Shown: in pieces, positions 1-11,704 of the stretch
Numbering within the stretch: position 1 is the stretch's first letter
How the letters are laid out: every line of letters begins with the position of its first letter
Source: Ignavibacteriota bacterium
GTDB taxonomy: Bacteria > Bacteroidota > Ignavibacteria > UBA10030
NCBI GenBank assembly: GCA_963701295.1
Contig: OY969585.1
Location: forward strand, 1,952,001-2,016,000
Length of the DNA stretch: 64,000 nucleotides
Reading direction: 5' to 3'
The notes under the pieces: model-generated
What the model was told of the DNA's origin: nothing
Seen by the model: the letters and a program-made list of their open reading frames with translations, nothing else
The model's database searches: none
Made by a program: the position numbers and the translations under genes

Positions 1-99
1 AAAGGAACGGTATACTTTTTTCCGAAGAAGAACGTCCTGAGGCGTCAAGTATTCCGCTTGATGCCTTTTGTGTTTATATTAGAGATGGAGACAGATCTT

Positions 100-762
100 A
101 TGAAGCATCTCAAGTGTATTGTGTTTGATATGGATGGAACGTTGACACAAACAAACCAACTCATCTATGATTCATTTAATTATATTGCTCAAAAATATGC
201 AGATAGAACATACACCATTCCTGAAATCCATGCAATGTTTGGTCCGCCGGAAGAAGAAGCGTTGCTTGAAATTGTTGGACCGGATCAGATGGATGAAGTG
301 ATGAAAGATTATCTCGCCTTCTATCGCACCCATCATAACCAATTGGCGCGTCTCTACCCTGGCATTGATGAAATTCTCCGTTACACAAAGAACCATGGAA
401 AAAGCCTGGCTTTGTTCACCGGCAAGGGAACGCACACCACAAGGATTACATTGCAGGAATTTCACATCGATAAATATTTTGACTTCGTGGTGACGGGAAA
501 TGATGTTGTCAACCGCAAGCCGTCATCGGAGGGATTGCGAAAAATTATGGGACACTTCGCACTTCAACCGAATGAAGTTCTCATGGTGGGCGACGCAGTT
601 TCCGATGTGAATGCAGCGCATGAAGCCGGCGTGAAGATCGCGGCTGTCGTGTGGGATTCGTACGCAAAAGATGTAGTCATGCAAATGAAGTCAGATTTCA
701 TATTCCATAATGTCCATGAATTCTACGAATGGCTTAAAGAACAATTCGGTTCGTATCCTTAA
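100..762 (+). CDS. HAD-family hydrolase (phosphoglycolate phosphatase/PpaX-like)
   Basis: Motif I FDMDGTL, motif III/IV KP...MVGD...D. Start moved to ATG at 100, which follows GGAG. Confidence 0.85.
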   Translation: MKHLKCIVFDMDGTLTQTNQLIYDSFNYIAQKYADRTYTIPEIHAMFGPPEEEALLEIVGPDQMDEVMKDYLAFYRTHHNQLARLYPGIDEILRYTKNHGKSLALFTGKGTHTTRITLQEFHIDKYFDFVVTGNDVVNRKPSSEGLRKIMGHFALQPNEVLMVGDAVSDVNAAHEAGVKIAAVVWDSYAKDVVMQMKSDFIFHNVHEFYEWLKEQFGSYP

Positions 763-849
763 TGTAATGGTTGTAAATATTCTTGCAGTCCATGACGTAT
801 TATTTCTCGCAGTCTTGAAACGACTATACGATAAAAGAAAGAACTCTTT

Positions 850-1848
850 ATGAATCCATTGCGTGTTGGTGTTATTGGTGTGGGACATTTGGGTGCTCTC
901 CACACTAAAATGTATGCACAAATTCCAACTGCTCACTTGGTCGGTGTGTTTGATGTTGATTCAATGCGTGCAGAAAAAATTGCGGCAGAATTCGGGATAA
1001 AAATGTTTGCGAAGTTCGATGATCTTTTGGCTAATGTCGAAGCAGTAAGTATTGCTACGGTCACGCAATCGCATTACGATGTAGCGATGCAAGTGATCAA
1101 ACGAGGTGTACATCTTCTAATCGAAAAACCGATTACCGCAACCATCGAGCAAGCACGTGCGTTGACAGAGCGGGCCGAGATAAAGGGATTGAAGCTCCAA
1201 GTCGGGCATATTGAGCGGTTCAATCCAGCGATTCTCGCATTGGAACCATACGATATTAAGCCATTGTTTATCGAATCACATCGGCTCGCACAATTTAATC
1301 CACGCGGGTCGGATGTGGCAGTAGTTCTTGATCTGATGATACATGACATTGATCTAATTCTAAGTTTGGTAAAATCAAAAGTGACACGAATTGATGCGAA
1401 TGGTGTTGCGGTTATTTCAGATACTCCGGATATTGCCAACGCGAGGCTGCAGTTCGAGAATGGTTGTGTCGCGAATGTAACGGCAAGCCGCATCTCGCAG
1501 AACAAAATGCGCAAAATGCGTTTATTTCAGCACGACGCTTACATCTCAATTGATTTTGCAGAAGGTATCTCAGAAGTATTTCGTTTGGCAGATGAACATA
1601 CTCCCCTTGCGAAATCGACAAAAATGCTTGGCAAGATTGAAGAGGGGTTGCACAAGAGAATCATCACCTATGAAAAACCAAAAGTACGGGAAGTAAACGC
1701 TTTGAAATATGAACTTGAACGGTTTATTGAATCTGTACAAAAGAACATCGAACCGCCGGTTTCAGGTCGCGATGGTTTACACGCATTAGAAGTTGCGCAG
1801 GAAATATTACAGAAAATTGAATTGCAAACGATACAGGTGGCGCAGTGA
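850..1848 (+). CDS. Gfo/Idh/MocA family NAD-dependent oxidoreductase (GnnA/WlbA-like sugar-nucleotide 3-dehydrogenase)
   Basis: GVIGVGHLG Rossmann motif, EKP, GHIERFNPA, DLMIHDID. Confidence 0.85.
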   Translation: MNPLRVGVIGVGHLGALHTKMYAQIPTAHLVGVFDVDSMRAEKIAAEFGIKMFAKFDDLLANVEAVSIATVTQSHYDVAMQVIKRGVHLLIEKPITATIEQARALTERAEIKGLKLQVGHIERFNPAILALEPYDIKPLFIESHRLAQFNPRGSDVAVVLDLMIHDIDLILSLVKSKVTRIDANGVAVISDTPDIANARLQFENGCVANVTASRISQNKMRKMRLFQHDAYISIDFAEGISEVFRLADEHTPLAKSTKMLGKIEEGLHKRIITYEKPKVREVNALKYELERFIESVQKNIEPPVSGRDGLHALEVAQEILQKIELQTIQVAQ

Positions 1849-3278
1849 CTGAGCGGATTGAAATCCGAGATGATATTTTGAAACGAATTGGCATAGTCGC
1901 TGATCGTGAGAGTATTGCAGCATATATTGTTGGTGGTTATGTGCGCGACCATCTGCTCGGTAAGCAAGTTAAAGATACCGATATCGTTGTTATCGGTAGC
2001 GGTGTAGAGTTCGCAAAAATAATTGCGAAGGACTTTGGCAGAACCAATTTAATTCTCTTTGAAAACTTCGGCACGGCAATGTTGCCATTGGATGATCGGA
2101 AACTGGAATTTGTCGGTGCGCGGAAAGAAAGTTACAGCAAGAGTTCCCGCAAGCCGCATGTTGAAGGTGGAACACTGGACGATGATTTAATGCGGCGGGA
2201 TTTTACTGTGAATGCGATGGCAGCAAGTCTTAATACAAAGACATTTGGACAGTTGATCGATCCGTTTGAAGGACAAAGCGATTTGCGAGCTGGGATTCTA
2301 CGCACACCGCTCGATGCGGAAATCACGTTCGATGATGATCCGCTTCGCATTATGCGCGCTATGCGTTTTTCTGCACAACTTGGATTTACCATTGATTCAC
2401 ATGTGCTTGAAGCTGCTGGTAAAATGGCGAAGAGATTAGCGATTGTTTCACAAGAACGAATCTCAGACGAGTTTCTGAAAATATTATCCAGCTCAAGACC
2501 ATCGGTTGGACTTCAGATGATGTATGATTCAAGCGTTATGGAAATTGTTTTTCCTGAAATTGCTCAGATGGCGGGAGTTGACCAGCGAAAGGATTATCAC
2601 CATAAAGATGTATTTCGGCATACACTGCAAGTGGTCGATAAAGTCGCAGATGTTTCTGATAATCTCTGGTTGCGAATGGCGGCATTGTTGCACGATATCG
2701 CCAAACCGAAGACCAAAGTATTTGTACCCGGAACAGGTTGGACTTTCCATGGACATGAAGATCTCGGCGCACGAATGGTGAAGAAGATATTCCAGCGGAT
2801 GCGTTTTCCGTTAGAACATGTTCCATATATCGAAAATCTTATTCGCCTTCATCTCCGTCCACAGGCGTTAGTCGATGATGGGGTGACAGATTCCGCCGTT
2901 CGCCGATTGCTCTTTGAAACCGGCAATGCTATTGATGATCTTATGGCATTATGCCGGGCTGATATTACATCAAGGAACCAAAAGCTTATCGAACAAGTGA
3001 AGCAAAACTATGATCTTGTCATTAAGAAAATGGCAGAGGTAGAGGAAAAAGATCGTATTCGGAATTGGCAGCCGCCATTGCGCGGTGAAGAAATTATGCA
3101 AGTTTGCGGATTGACTGAAGGACCCATGGTTGGTGTGTTAAAAGATAAAATCACCGAGGCGATACTGGACGGCACGATTTCGAACGAACACGATGCTGCT
3201 GTCCAGTATCTTTTTTCTATTAAAGACAGTATATTGAATCAAGCGCCAATGAAAAAAAAGCGGCCGCCGAAAATGTGA
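1845..3278 (+). CDS. cca: CCA tRNA nucleotidyltransferase, class II with HD domain
   Basis: [46 protein letters not shown]. Confidence 0.88.
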   Translation: MTERIEIRDDILKRIGIVADRESIAAYIVGGYVRDHLLGKQVKDTDIVVIGSGVEFAKIIAKDFGRTNLILFENFGTAMLPLDDRKLEFVGARKESYSKSSRKPHVEGGTLDDDLMRRDFTVNAMAASLNTKTFGQLIDPFEGQSDLRAGILRTPLDAEITFDDDPLRIMRAMRFSAQLGFTIDSHVLEAAGKMAKRLAIVSQERISDEFLKILSSSRPSVGLQMMYDSSVMEIVFPEIAQMAGVDQRKDYHHKDVFRHTLQVVDKVADVSDNLWLRMAALLHDIAKPKTKVFVPGTGWTFHGHEDLGARMVKKIFQRMRFPLEHVPYIENLIRLHLRPQALVDDGVTDSAVRRLLFETGNAIDDLMALCRADITSRNQKLIEQVKQNYDLVIKKMAEVEEKDRIRNWQPPLRGEEIMQVCGLTEGPMVGVLKDKITEAILDGTISNEHDAAVQYLFSIKDSILNQAPMKKKRPPKM

Positions 3279-3418
3279 AACATATACATTTCTGGGAGCG
3301 TCTAACCTCTGGAAAAAGTTTGAGGTTCTTCAGTTCTTTTGAAACTTTACGGAAAAACAATCGTTTATTAAATATAATTCTATTACCTGCCAACATTATA
3401 ATTATTGGAGATGTCTCA

Positions 3419-4765
3419 ATGAAGAAAATGATTATATTTATCCTGTTAGCCGTTTCGTTCTGCAGTGCACAAATGCCAGTTGGAACGCTAAAAACACTTA
3501 CACTGAACGATGCTGTTACTGTGGCTCTCCAGCGAAATTTAAATGTAGCGCAGGCGGCTAATAATGTAGATGCCGCCCGAAGCGCTGAGGTGGCGGGTTA
3601 TGGTTCTTATTTGCCGTCTCTTTCGGCTTCTGCCGGATGGGGAAGAGATCAGTCAGAGTATTCGATTGATTCAGTCTATAGCCAGTTAGCCAACCGGAAT
3701 GTTCCGTCCGTAAACTCGATAACCACCGGCTATTCTGCAGGTTTAAATCTCAATTACACTATTTTTGATGGGCTGAATCGTGAGATGAATCTCAGTAAAT
3801 CCATTTCCGGCAAGGCAATTGCCGATCAAACTTTTTTGCGAACGAAACAAGGGATCGTGTATCAGGTGCAAGCAAGTTATCTCACCGTGTTGCGCAATGA
3901 ACAACTCGTACATGTAAATGAGGAGAACCTGAAACGCGATCAGAAGCAATTGGAACAAATTGAAGAATCGAATCGTGTTGGGTCGTTGGCAATTGGTGAC
4001 GTCTATCGTCAACAGTCTGCCGTAGCTACAGACGAATTTAATCTTATCACCGCCCAAAATACGTATGATAAATCGATTGCGGATTTACTTTCTCTTGTCG
4101 GACTGGATGTGCGGGATGATTATCATATTGCAGATACGACCGTCCCAACAGAAGTGGACTCGGTGGAGTTTTCACAACTGCCTTCCCTTGGAAAATTTGA
4201 ACAGTTTCGCAAGCAAGCGCTAGACGCTCGCCCTGATTATCAGGTAGCATCGGAAAACTTAAAAAGTACATCTTATTCAGTTGTTTCAGCGTGGGGACAC
4301 TATTTACCGGGTTTGAACGCGTATGCAGGGTACAATCTCAATGCGCCTGAAGTGTCGCAATTATCAAGTTATAAGGATTACACATGGGGTTTAAAATTGA
4401 GTTGGACATTGTTTGATGGATTTCAAACGAATGAGGGTGTCCAAAACGCGAAGGTTCAGGAACGAAATGCTGAGATATCGCTCCAACAGGCAGAGCTGAT
4501 CATCAGTGTCGACGTGAAAAAAGCACTTCTCGACCTCGGGGCGTCTCAAAGACAGTATGAAGCAAGTGTAAAAGGTGTAACTTCTGCTTCGCAGGATCGT
4601 AGAGTAGCAGAAGAGCGGTACCATCTTGGCGCCGGTACCATTATCGATCTTCAAACGGCGAATGCAAATTTTGTGAATGCGCAAGCAAACAAAGTAAATG
4701 CGACATACAACTACATCACAGCCAAGCGCAATTTGGAATATGTGCTTGGCGAACGAACGTACTGA
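3419..4765 (+). CDS. TolC-family outer membrane efflux protein
   Basis: Signal peptide [17 protein letters not shown] after a GGAG RBS; two OEP repeats (YLPSLSASA / YLPGLNAYA; ERYHLG..IDL). Confidence 0.9.
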   Translation: MKKMIIFILLAVSFCSAQMPVGTLKTLTLNDAVTVALQRNLNVAQAANNVDAARSAEVAGYGSYLPSLSASAGWGRDQSEYSIDSVYSQLANRNVPSVNSITTGYSAGLNLNYTIFDGLNREMNLSKSISGKAIADQTFLRTKQGIVYQVQASYLTVLRNEQLVHVNEENLKRDQKQLEQIEESNRVGSLAIGDVYRQQSAVATDEFNLITAQNTYDKSIADLLSLVGLDVRDDYHIADTTVPTEVDSVEFSQLPSLGKFEQFRKQALDARPDYQVASENLKSTSYSVVSAWGHYLPGLNAYAGYNLNAPEVSQLSSYKDYTWGLKLSWTLFDGFQTNEGVQNAKVQERNAEISLQQAELIISVDVKKALLDLGASQRQYEASVKGVTSASQDRRVAEERYHLGAGTIIDLQTANANFVNAQANKVNATYNYITAKRNLEYVLGERTY

Positions 4766-4813
4766 GTGGGAGACAATAAAAATATTAGAATGCTCAACAC
4801 AGAGGAGTAAACA

Positions 4814-6079
4814 ATGGCAAATGGTAACGGGAAAAAGAAAAAAAAGAAGACTATCATTATTTCGATTATTGCGGTTGTAGTAATAGTTCTCGTCGTACTG
4901 GTGATTGTTGGCAGTCGTCGTGAGCCGGTTATCTCCGTGCAAACCGAGAAAGTACAACGCCGGACAATTACTCAAATTGTAACAGCGACAGGTAAAATTC
5001 AACCGGTCACTCAGGTGGTGATTAATGCAGAGGTTAGTGGAGAAATAATCGAGTTGCCGGTCCGTGAGGGACAATCGGTGCACAGAGGACAATTGCTCGT
5101 TCGTATCAAACCAGAGGCTTATCAGGCAGATTATGATCGAGCACAGGGGAATATCGAAATGGTGAAGGCGGCATTAGATAAAGCCGAAGCAGACTACAAG
5201 CGTGCATTAGGATTATCTGAAAAGAAACTCATATCCGATGCAGATATGGATATTGCGAAAGCAAATTTTCAAGGTGCAAAAGCAAACTATGTGCAGGCAG
5301 TTGCAAGTGCCAAAGAATCGTATCAATCGCTGTTGAAGACGTCTATTTATTCTCCGATGGATGGCACAATCAGCAATCTACCACGGGAACTCGGCGAACG
5401 TGTGAGCGGAAGTGCGTTCATGCAAGGCACAGAGATTATGACGGTTGCAGATCTTTCTAAAATGGAAGCTCGCGTTGATGTTGGCGAAAATGATGTAGTC
5501 ATGGTACACAATAATGATACGGCACGTATAAGTGTCGATTCTTATCCTGATCGTATCTTCATTGGTATAGTGTATCAAATTGCCAACACAGCAACATCTA
5601 CAGGTGTTGGAACGCAGGATCAGGTGACAAATTTCCAAGTGCGCATTTTACTAAATCCACAGAAAGATGCGGTCTTCCGTCCTGGGATGTCGATGTCAGC
5701 CGATATTGAAACAGAGACAAAACAAAACGCATTGACAGTCCCGATTCAATCTGTTACAGTACGATTGCCGAAGAAAGAAAAAGCCGAAGAACCGAAAGAA
5801 GGAGAAGCAAAATTTGAAACAACAGCGAAAAAAGAGAATGAGAAATTAGAAGAGGTAGTTTTTGTTGTGAAAGATGGTCTGGCAAAAACGGTTCCTGTCA
5901 AGCGCGGCATCAGCAACGACACTTATGTTGAAGTAAACGGAAGCGGATTGGAAGGACAGGATGTTGTTTCAGGGCCGTTCAAAGCGATTAATCGTGATCT
6001 GGAGGTAAATTCAAAAGTGAAGATCGATAACAAGACTGAACGCAAAACAGGAGCAAGTGCAGATAAAGATAAGAAGTGA
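4814..6079 (+). CDS. MacA-like periplasmic adaptor (membrane fusion protein)
   Basis: N-terminal TM helix, VSGEIIELPVREGQ and SPMDGTI lipoyl halves, RPGMS motif. Confidence 0.92.
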   Translation: MANGNGKKKKKKTIIISIIAVVVIVLVVLVIVGSRREPVISVQTEKVQRRTITQIVTATGKIQPVTQVVINAEVSGEIIELPVREGQSVHRGQLLVRIKPEAYQADYDRAQGNIEMVKAALDKAEADYKRALGLSEKKLISDADMDIAKANFQGAKANYVQAVASAKESYQSLLKTSIYSPMDGTISNLPRELGERVSGSAFMQGTEIMTVADLSKMEARVDVGENDVVMVHNNDTARISVDSYPDRIFIGIVYQIANTATSTGVGTQDQVTNFQVRILLNPQKDAVFRPGMSMSADIETETKQNALTVPIQSVTVRLPKKEKAEEPKEGEAKFETTAKKENEKLEEVVFVVKDGLAKTVPVKRGISNDTYVEVNGSGLEGQDVVSGPFKAINRDLEVNSKVKIDNKTERKTGASADKDKK

Positions 6080-6127
6080 AAAAAATAAAAAGGAAGAAAA
6101 GTAAAGGATAATAACAGAAGATTGAAA

Positions 6128-7120
6128 ATGAAACGGGAGATGATAAAAATAAATCGGATATGTAGATTTGTAATTGTAACGCTCATTCTGCAAATGCAAG
6201 GAGAATTGATAGCTCAGACGGTTGATGATGGTATTGCTCTTTTTCAGCAAAAGAAATATGCCGAAGCGAAATTGGTGTTTGCTAGGATTTTAGATAAAGA
6301 CGATAACAATGCTGAAGCGCATTATCGACTTGGCCTTGTATATCTGAATAGATCGAATCCGCAACGGGATGTTAATGAAGCGGTGGATCAATTGGAGAAA
6401 GCTACCGATTTAAATCCAACCAATGCCGATTACCACTTTCGATATGGTACTGCACTTGGCGAGAAAGCCCAGAATGCTGGAGTGATCAAAAAAGCATTTC
6501 TTGCTCCCAAGATCAAAAAAGCATTTCTTCGAGCGGTGGAACTTAATCCTCGGTATGCACAAGCGCGTATTGCATTGGCTCAGTATTACTTGATAGCTCC
6601 TTCTATCATGGGTGGTGATGAAGACGAAGGTTGGAGGCAGTTGAGTGAGGCAATCAAACTTGATGAAGTTCTAGGCCGTTTAGTCAAAGCGAGCTTTTTA
6701 GAACGAGCAAAGAAAAACGATGAGGCAGAGAGAGAATACAAGGCTCTTGTTGTCTCTAGACCGGAAGATTGGCGGACATGGAAAAACTATGGATACTTCC
6801 ATATGCGTACTGAGCATCTGGATGATGCTGTGAATTGTTTTCAGAAGTATACCGAACTTCGCCCTGATACGGCGGATTCGTATCAAAGTCTCGCTGAAGC
6901 ATTGTTGAAGAAGGGCGAAACCGATTTAGCAATGACCAGTCTAAATAAGTCGTTGAGTCTTGATAAGGATTATGTGCCTGCAATTATTTCGTTGGGCGAA
7001 GTCTATCAAGCAAAAGGACAGAAAAAGGAAGCGAAAGACGAATATCAACGGGCTATGTCAGTTGCTCAGAATGAATATTACAAGTCTCAAGCTGAAAAGA
7101 AACTGAAAGAAGTAGAGTAA
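6128..7120 (+). CDS. Exported tetratricopeptide-repeat protein
   Basis: Signal-like N-terminus; repeated TPR motifs ([34 protein letters not shown]). Exact start uncertain. Confidence 0.85.
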   Translation: MKREMIKINRICRFVIVTLILQMQGELIAQTVDDGIALFQQKKYAEAKLVFARILDKDDNNAEAHYRLGLVYLNRSNPQRDVNEAVDQLEKATDLNPTNADYHFRYGTALGEKAQNAGVIKKAFLAPKIKKAFLRAVELNPRYAQARIALAQYYLIAPSIMGGDEDEGWRQLSEAIKLDEVLGRLVKASFLERAKKNDEAEREYKALVVSRPEDWRTWKNYGYFHMRTEHLDDAVNCFQKYTELRPDTADSYQSLAEALLKKGETDLAMTSLNKSLSLDKDYVPAIISLGEVYQAKGQKKEAKDEYQRAMSVAQNEYYKSQAEKKLKEVE

Positions 7121-7136
7121 CAGGAAGGAAGCCAGA

Positions 7137-7862
7137 ATGTCAAGTATTATTCAGTTCACGAACATCACAAAGTTCTATCAAGTAGGCGAAGAAAAAGTTC
7201 ATGCTTTAGATGGTATTTCAATCAAGATTCAGAAAAACGAATATGTGGCAATTATGGGCCCGTCGGGTTCCGGCAAATCAACATTGATGAATATTATCGG
7301 CTGCCTAGATACGCCTACTTCTGGTTTGTATGAATTGAACAACACAAACGTCAGCGATATGAACGACAATCAGCTTGCAAAGATTCGAAATAAAGAAATT
7401 GGATTTGTGTTTCAGACATTTAACTTGCTTGCTCGGTCAGATGTTCTTCATAATGTTGAACTGCCGCTCATTTATGGCGGCGTCGGTTCGGCTGAGAGAA
7501 AAAGATTGGCTCGGGCAGCGATCGACCGCGTAGGATTGACGGATCGAATCCATCACAAACCGAACGAACTTTCCGGCGGACAACGCCAGCGTGTATCCAT
7601 AGCGCGCGCTCTTGTGACACAGCCATCCATTTTACTTGCAGATGAACCGACCGGAAACCTTGATACAAAAACCGGCGATGAAATTATGATGCTATTCGAT
7701 ATGCTGCACAAGGAAGGCAATACAATCATCCTCGTGACCCATGAAGAGGATATCGCATTGCATGCGTATCGTCGGATCCGTCTCCGCGATGGTAAGATGG
7801 AAGTGGACGAGCCAATCAAGAATCGAAAAATCATAACTCGACCAACAACGGTCATGGCATAA
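7137..7862 (+). CDS. ABC transporter ATP-binding protein (MacB/LolD family)
   Basis: Walker [32 protein letters not shown]. Confidence 0.95.
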   Translation: MSSIIQFTNITKFYQVGEEKVHALDGISIKIQKNEYVAIMGPSGSGKSTLMNIIGCLDTPTSGLYELNNTNVSDMNDNQLAKIRNKEIGFVFQTFNLLARSDVLHNVELPLIYGGVGSAERKRLARAAIDRVGLTDRIHHKPNELSGGQRQRVSIARALVTQPSILLADEPTGNLDTKTGDEIMMLFDMLHKEGNTIILVTHEEDIALHAYRRIRLRDGKMEVDEPIKNRKIITRPTTVMA

Positions 7863-7863
7863 T

Positions 7864-9096
7864 ATGAAATTCGTATTCGATGAATTTAAGGAAGGGATGA
7901 GGATTGCGTTTGCGGCAATACGCGCCAATAAAATGCGCTCAGTGTTGACGACACTTGGCATTGTTATCGGTATTGTTTCTGTAACGCTCATGGGGACGGC
8001 TATCGAAGGATTGAACCGCGCTTTTAATAAAAGCATTGCTGCTCTAGGAACAGATGTTTTATACGTTCAAAAGTGGCCATGGGGTGATCATGGAGATGAT
8101 TGGTGGAAACTCAAAAATCGGCGAAATGTTCGTATACAGCAGGCAAAGGATATTGAAAAGTATTCAGAATATGCACAGGCGGTGAATCCTGCGACGGGAA
8201 CTTTACGGAATGTCAAATATGGGCAGAAGCTTGTTGAAAACGTTGTTGTTGTAGGCACGGGCGCATACTTGCTTGAGACAAGCGGGGCGACTGTTGCCTT
8301 TGGCCGTTTCTTTACACAGATGGAAGCCGATGGGGGAAGACCTGTATGTGCTATTGGTTCTGAAGTCGCTGCAAATCTTTTCCCTAATGAAAATCCGATA
8401 GGGAAAGTTATTAAAGTTGGCGGGTACGCATTCCGCGTGTTGGGCGTGCTCGATAAACAAGGAAGTTTTCTTGGATTGCAGAGTCTTGATAATAGAGTCT
8501 ATATTCCAATCAATCGTTTCTTTCAAGAATTTATGTCGTTTCGAAGTGATCTCCAGATTATGGTAAAAGCAAAATCTGTGGAAGAATTGGATGACGCAAA
8601 GGAAGAAGTACGGGGCATTATGCGCAAATCGCGTGGATTGAAACCGAAGGAGGAAGATGATTTTGCAATCAACCAGCAGGAAATGTTGGTCCAAACGTTC
8701 AATCAAATTGGCGGTGTAATTGCAGCGGTGGGTTTGTTTATCACGGGAATGGCTCTCTTCGTCGGTGGTATTGGAATCATGAATATTATGTTCGTTTCAG
8801 TCACAGAACGCACAAAGGAGATCGGTATCCGCAAAGCCATTGGAGCGCCGCGCCGAACTATTCTTTTACAGTTCCTCATTGAATCTGCTGCACTGTGTCT
8901 TATCGGTGGTCTTATCGGTATTGTGATTGCCTTTCCATTAAGTCTTATTATCGACACAGTTTTGCCAACAGCGATGCCTCTCAGCGTTGTGGTAATTGCG
9001 CTTTTGGTATCGGTATTCGTCGGTGTCGTTTCCGGATTCTTGCCAGCATATCGTGCATCTCGTCTTGATCCGGTAGACGCATTGAGGTATGAGTGA
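7864..9096 (+). CDS. MacB/FtsX-type ABC permease 1
   Basis: NKMRSVLT, GIMNIMFVSVTERTKEIGIRKAIGA, LDPVDALRYE. Confidence 0.93.
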   Translation: MKFVFDEFKEGMRIAFAAIRANKMRSVLTTLGIVIGIVSVTLMGTAIEGLNRAFNKSIAALGTDVLYVQKWPWGDHGDDWWKLKNRRNVRIQQAKDIEKYSEYAQAVNPATGTLRNVKYGQKLVENVVVVGTGAYLLETSGATVAFGRFFTQMEADGGRPVCAIGSEVAANLFPNENPIGKVIKVGGYAFRVLGVLDKQGSFLGLQSLDNRVYIPINRFFQEFMSFRSDLQIMVKAKSVEELDDAKEEVRGIMRKSRGLKPKEEDDFAINQQEMLVQTFNQIGGVIAAVGLFITGMALFVGGIGIMNIMFVSVTERTKEIGIRKAIGAPRRTILLQFLIESAALCLIGGLIGIVIAFPLSLIIDTVLPTAMPLSVVVIALLVSVFVGVVSGFLPAYRASRLDPVDALRYE

Positions 9097-9099
9097 GTC

Positions 9100-10320
9100 G
9101 TGAAGTTCTCTGAAATATTTAAAATGTCTCTGAATGCTTTACGCGCGAATAAATTGCGTTCGGCATTAACTCTCCTTGGAATTTTTGTCGGAGTATTTTC
9201 CATTATTGGTGTGATGACCGCAATTCAGGTCCTTCAAAATAGCATTGAGAGCGGACTGAGCAATCTTGGATCCAATACTTTCCAGATTCAGAAGCAGCCA
9301 GTGATCGCAAATCGCACACAATGGATGAAATCACTGAAATGGAAAGATATTACATATGAGCAGGCAAAAGCTGTCAAAGAGCGGGTAACACTTGCTCAAT
9401 ATGTCGGTATCGGAGCATTACAGAGTGCAGAAATTATCCAGTTTGGATCACTCAAAACCAATCCGAATGTTTCTGTTGGCGGCGAGGAACCGGAAGGGAT
9501 GCAGACGAACAACTGGACTATTCAAGATGGAAGAAATATCACGGATGATGATGTGAAGTATGCTTCATTTGTTACAATTCTCATGGGTGATGTTGTGAAG
9601 AAATTGTTTCCGCATGATGGTGCAGTCGGCAGTAGTATTAGAATCGGTAATCAGCATTACACAGTTATTGGAACGTTTGAATCGAAAGGCTCATCATTGG
9701 GGGATTCTGAGAATAAAGTGATTGTACCGCTCAGTACATTCCTTCAACAATACGGCAAGATACGCAGTGTCTATATTAAGGTCAAAGCCAAAAGTCCGGA
9801 AGTGTACGATGATTGTGTTGAGGAGACGCGGATGGTTCTTCGCACACTACGAAAAGTTGCTCCCGGCGATGAAGATAATTTTTCCATTTCCTCTAATGAT
9901 TCACTCATTGCTACGTTCAATGATTTTACGCTCTATGTAAAACTTGGTGTTGGTTTTATGAGTTTTATTGCACTCATTGCAGCGGGAGTCGGTATCATGA
10001 ATATTATGCTTGTTTCCGTTACAGAACGAACCAAGGAAATCGGAATTCGCAAAGCCATCGGTGCTCGACGCTCAAATATTTTGGCGCAGTTTATTACTGA
10101 AGCTGTTGTGCTGTGTCAAATCGGCGGCATCGTTGGTGTCGGGCTTGGCATACTTGGCGGCAACTTGACAGCGCTTGCATTTAGTTTTCCGCCCGTCTTC
10201 CCCATTGATTGGGCATTGATTGGGTTTGCAATTACCACGTTTGTCGGAATTGTGTTTGGCGTGTATCCGGCATGGAAAGCAGCGAATCTTGATCCGATTG
10301 AATCTCTTAGATATGAATAA
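9100..10320 (+). CDS. MacB/FtsX-type ABC permease 2
   Basis: Same family motifs as permease 1; GTG start. Confidence 0.93.
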   Translation: MKFSEIFKMSLNALRANKLRSALTLLGIFVGVFSIIGVMTAIQVLQNSIESGLSNLGSNTFQIQKQPVIANRTQWMKSLKWKDITYEQAKAVKERVTLAQYVGIGALQSAEIIQFGSLKTNPNVSVGGEEPEGMQTNNWTIQDGRNITDDDVKYASFVTILMGDVVKKLFPHDGAVGSSIRIGNQHYTVIGTFESKGSSLGDSENKVIVPLSTFLQQYGKIRSVYIKVKAKSPEVYDDCVEETRMVLRTLRKVAPGDEDNFSISSNDSLIATFNDFTLYVKLGVGFMSFIALIAAGVGIMNIMLVSVTERTKEIGIRKAIGARRSNILAQFITEAVVLCQIGGIVGVGLGILGGNLTALAFSFPPVFPIDWALIGFAITTFVGIVFGVYPAWKAANLDPIESLRYE

Positions 10321-10375
10321 AAAGATAAGGCAGGTTATAGAGACCGGCTTTTTTGATTACCTTTGAAGAGGTTCT

Positions 10376-11600
10376 ATGCAGTTTTCTGAAATTATAAAAA
10401 TGGCTTTGATAGCCATACGATCCAATAAACTTCGTTCGGCGCTAACGCTTCTTGGCATTATCGTTGGAGTATTCTCTATTATCGGAGTTATGACAGCCCT
10501 TCAGGTGCTACAGAAAAGCATTGAAGATGGTTTAAGCGGTCTCGGTTCTCAAACATTCCAGATTCAGAAGCAGCCGGTGATGGCGAATCGGACACAATGG
10601 CTCAAATCATTAAAGTGGAAGGATATACGGTACGAACAGGGACTTATTGTAAAAGAGAGAATGACACTTGCTCAATATGTTGCACTGGAATCATGGAAAT
10701 TTGCACAAACCGTGCAGTATGGATCTTTAAAAACAAATCCGAATGTTCAGATCGCTGGAGAAGAACCGGAAGGAATACCAACGAATAATTGGACAATCAA
10801 AGAAGGGCGTAGCCTTTCAGAGGATGATATGCGATATAGTACCTTTGTAGCCATTATTGGCGATGATGTAGCAAAGAAACTATATCCGCATGGCGGTACT
10901 ATCGGAAGTGAGATTCGCATTGGCGATGGACGGTATCAGGTTATAGGTACGTTTGATCAAAAGGGTTCATCTCTGGGTGGAAATTCAGATAACTTCGTCG
11001 TAGTGACCATTGAGCACGTTTTTGAATAATTACGGCAAACTTCGCAGCATAAATATTATGATTAAGGCGAAAAATGCTGAAGTGTACGATGATTGTGTCG
11101 AGGAAGCTCGCATGCTCCTTCGAACAGTTCGAAATGTTGCACCGGGCCAGGAGGACGATTTTACAATCTTCTCGAACGATTCGTTGATTGATACATTTAA
11201 TGATTTTACGCTCTATGTAAAAATGGGAGTTGGATTTATCAGTTTTGTCTCACTTCTTGCAGCTGGTGTCGGTATTATGAACATCATGTTAGTTTCTGTT
11301 ACAGAGCGCACCAAAGAGATCGGGATTCGGAAGGCTATCGGTGCAAGGCGCTCAAATATTCTTGCTCAGTTCATTACGGAAGCTGTCGTTCTGTGCGAGA
11401 TTGGGGGGATTATCGGTATCGTGCTGGGAGTCCTGGGCGGGAATATAACTGCACTTGCATTTCATTTCCCTCCCGTTTTTCCAGTGGAGTGGGCGCTTAT
11501 TGGATTTGCGCTCACCACATTTGTCGGTGTGGTTTTTGGTGTGTATCCTGCATGGAAAGCTGCAAACCTCGACCCTATTGAATCTCTTCGATATGAATAG
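10376..11600 (+). pseudogene. MacB/FtsX-type ABC permease 3, split by a +1 frameshift near 11005 (real lesion or sequence error)
   Basis: ORFs 10376-11029 and 11010-11600 match the N- and C-halves of permease 2. Removing one base in gtagtgaccattgagc restores V-V-P-L-S-T (paralog VIVPLST). Confidence 0.8.
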
Positions 11601-11603
11601 GAT

Positions 11604-11644
11604 AAGAAAGAAAACCGATGAATGTTTTCATCGGCTTTCTTCTT
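11604..11644. terminator. Probable bidirectional intrinsic terminator between convergent genes
   Basis: CCGATGAA-tgtt-TTCATCGG stem with A-rich and T-rich flanks. Confidence 0.7.
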
Positions 11645-11704
11645 GTCAAGAATCTGATCCCGTCCTTTTTGATCTGTTCTCTTGAAAGAGTAACAATCAC
11701 ACTT

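Noticed and set aside
4391-5092. Long antisense ORFs (also 47675-48370 and 28131-28724)
   Set aside because: Antisense shadows of well-supported conserved genes.
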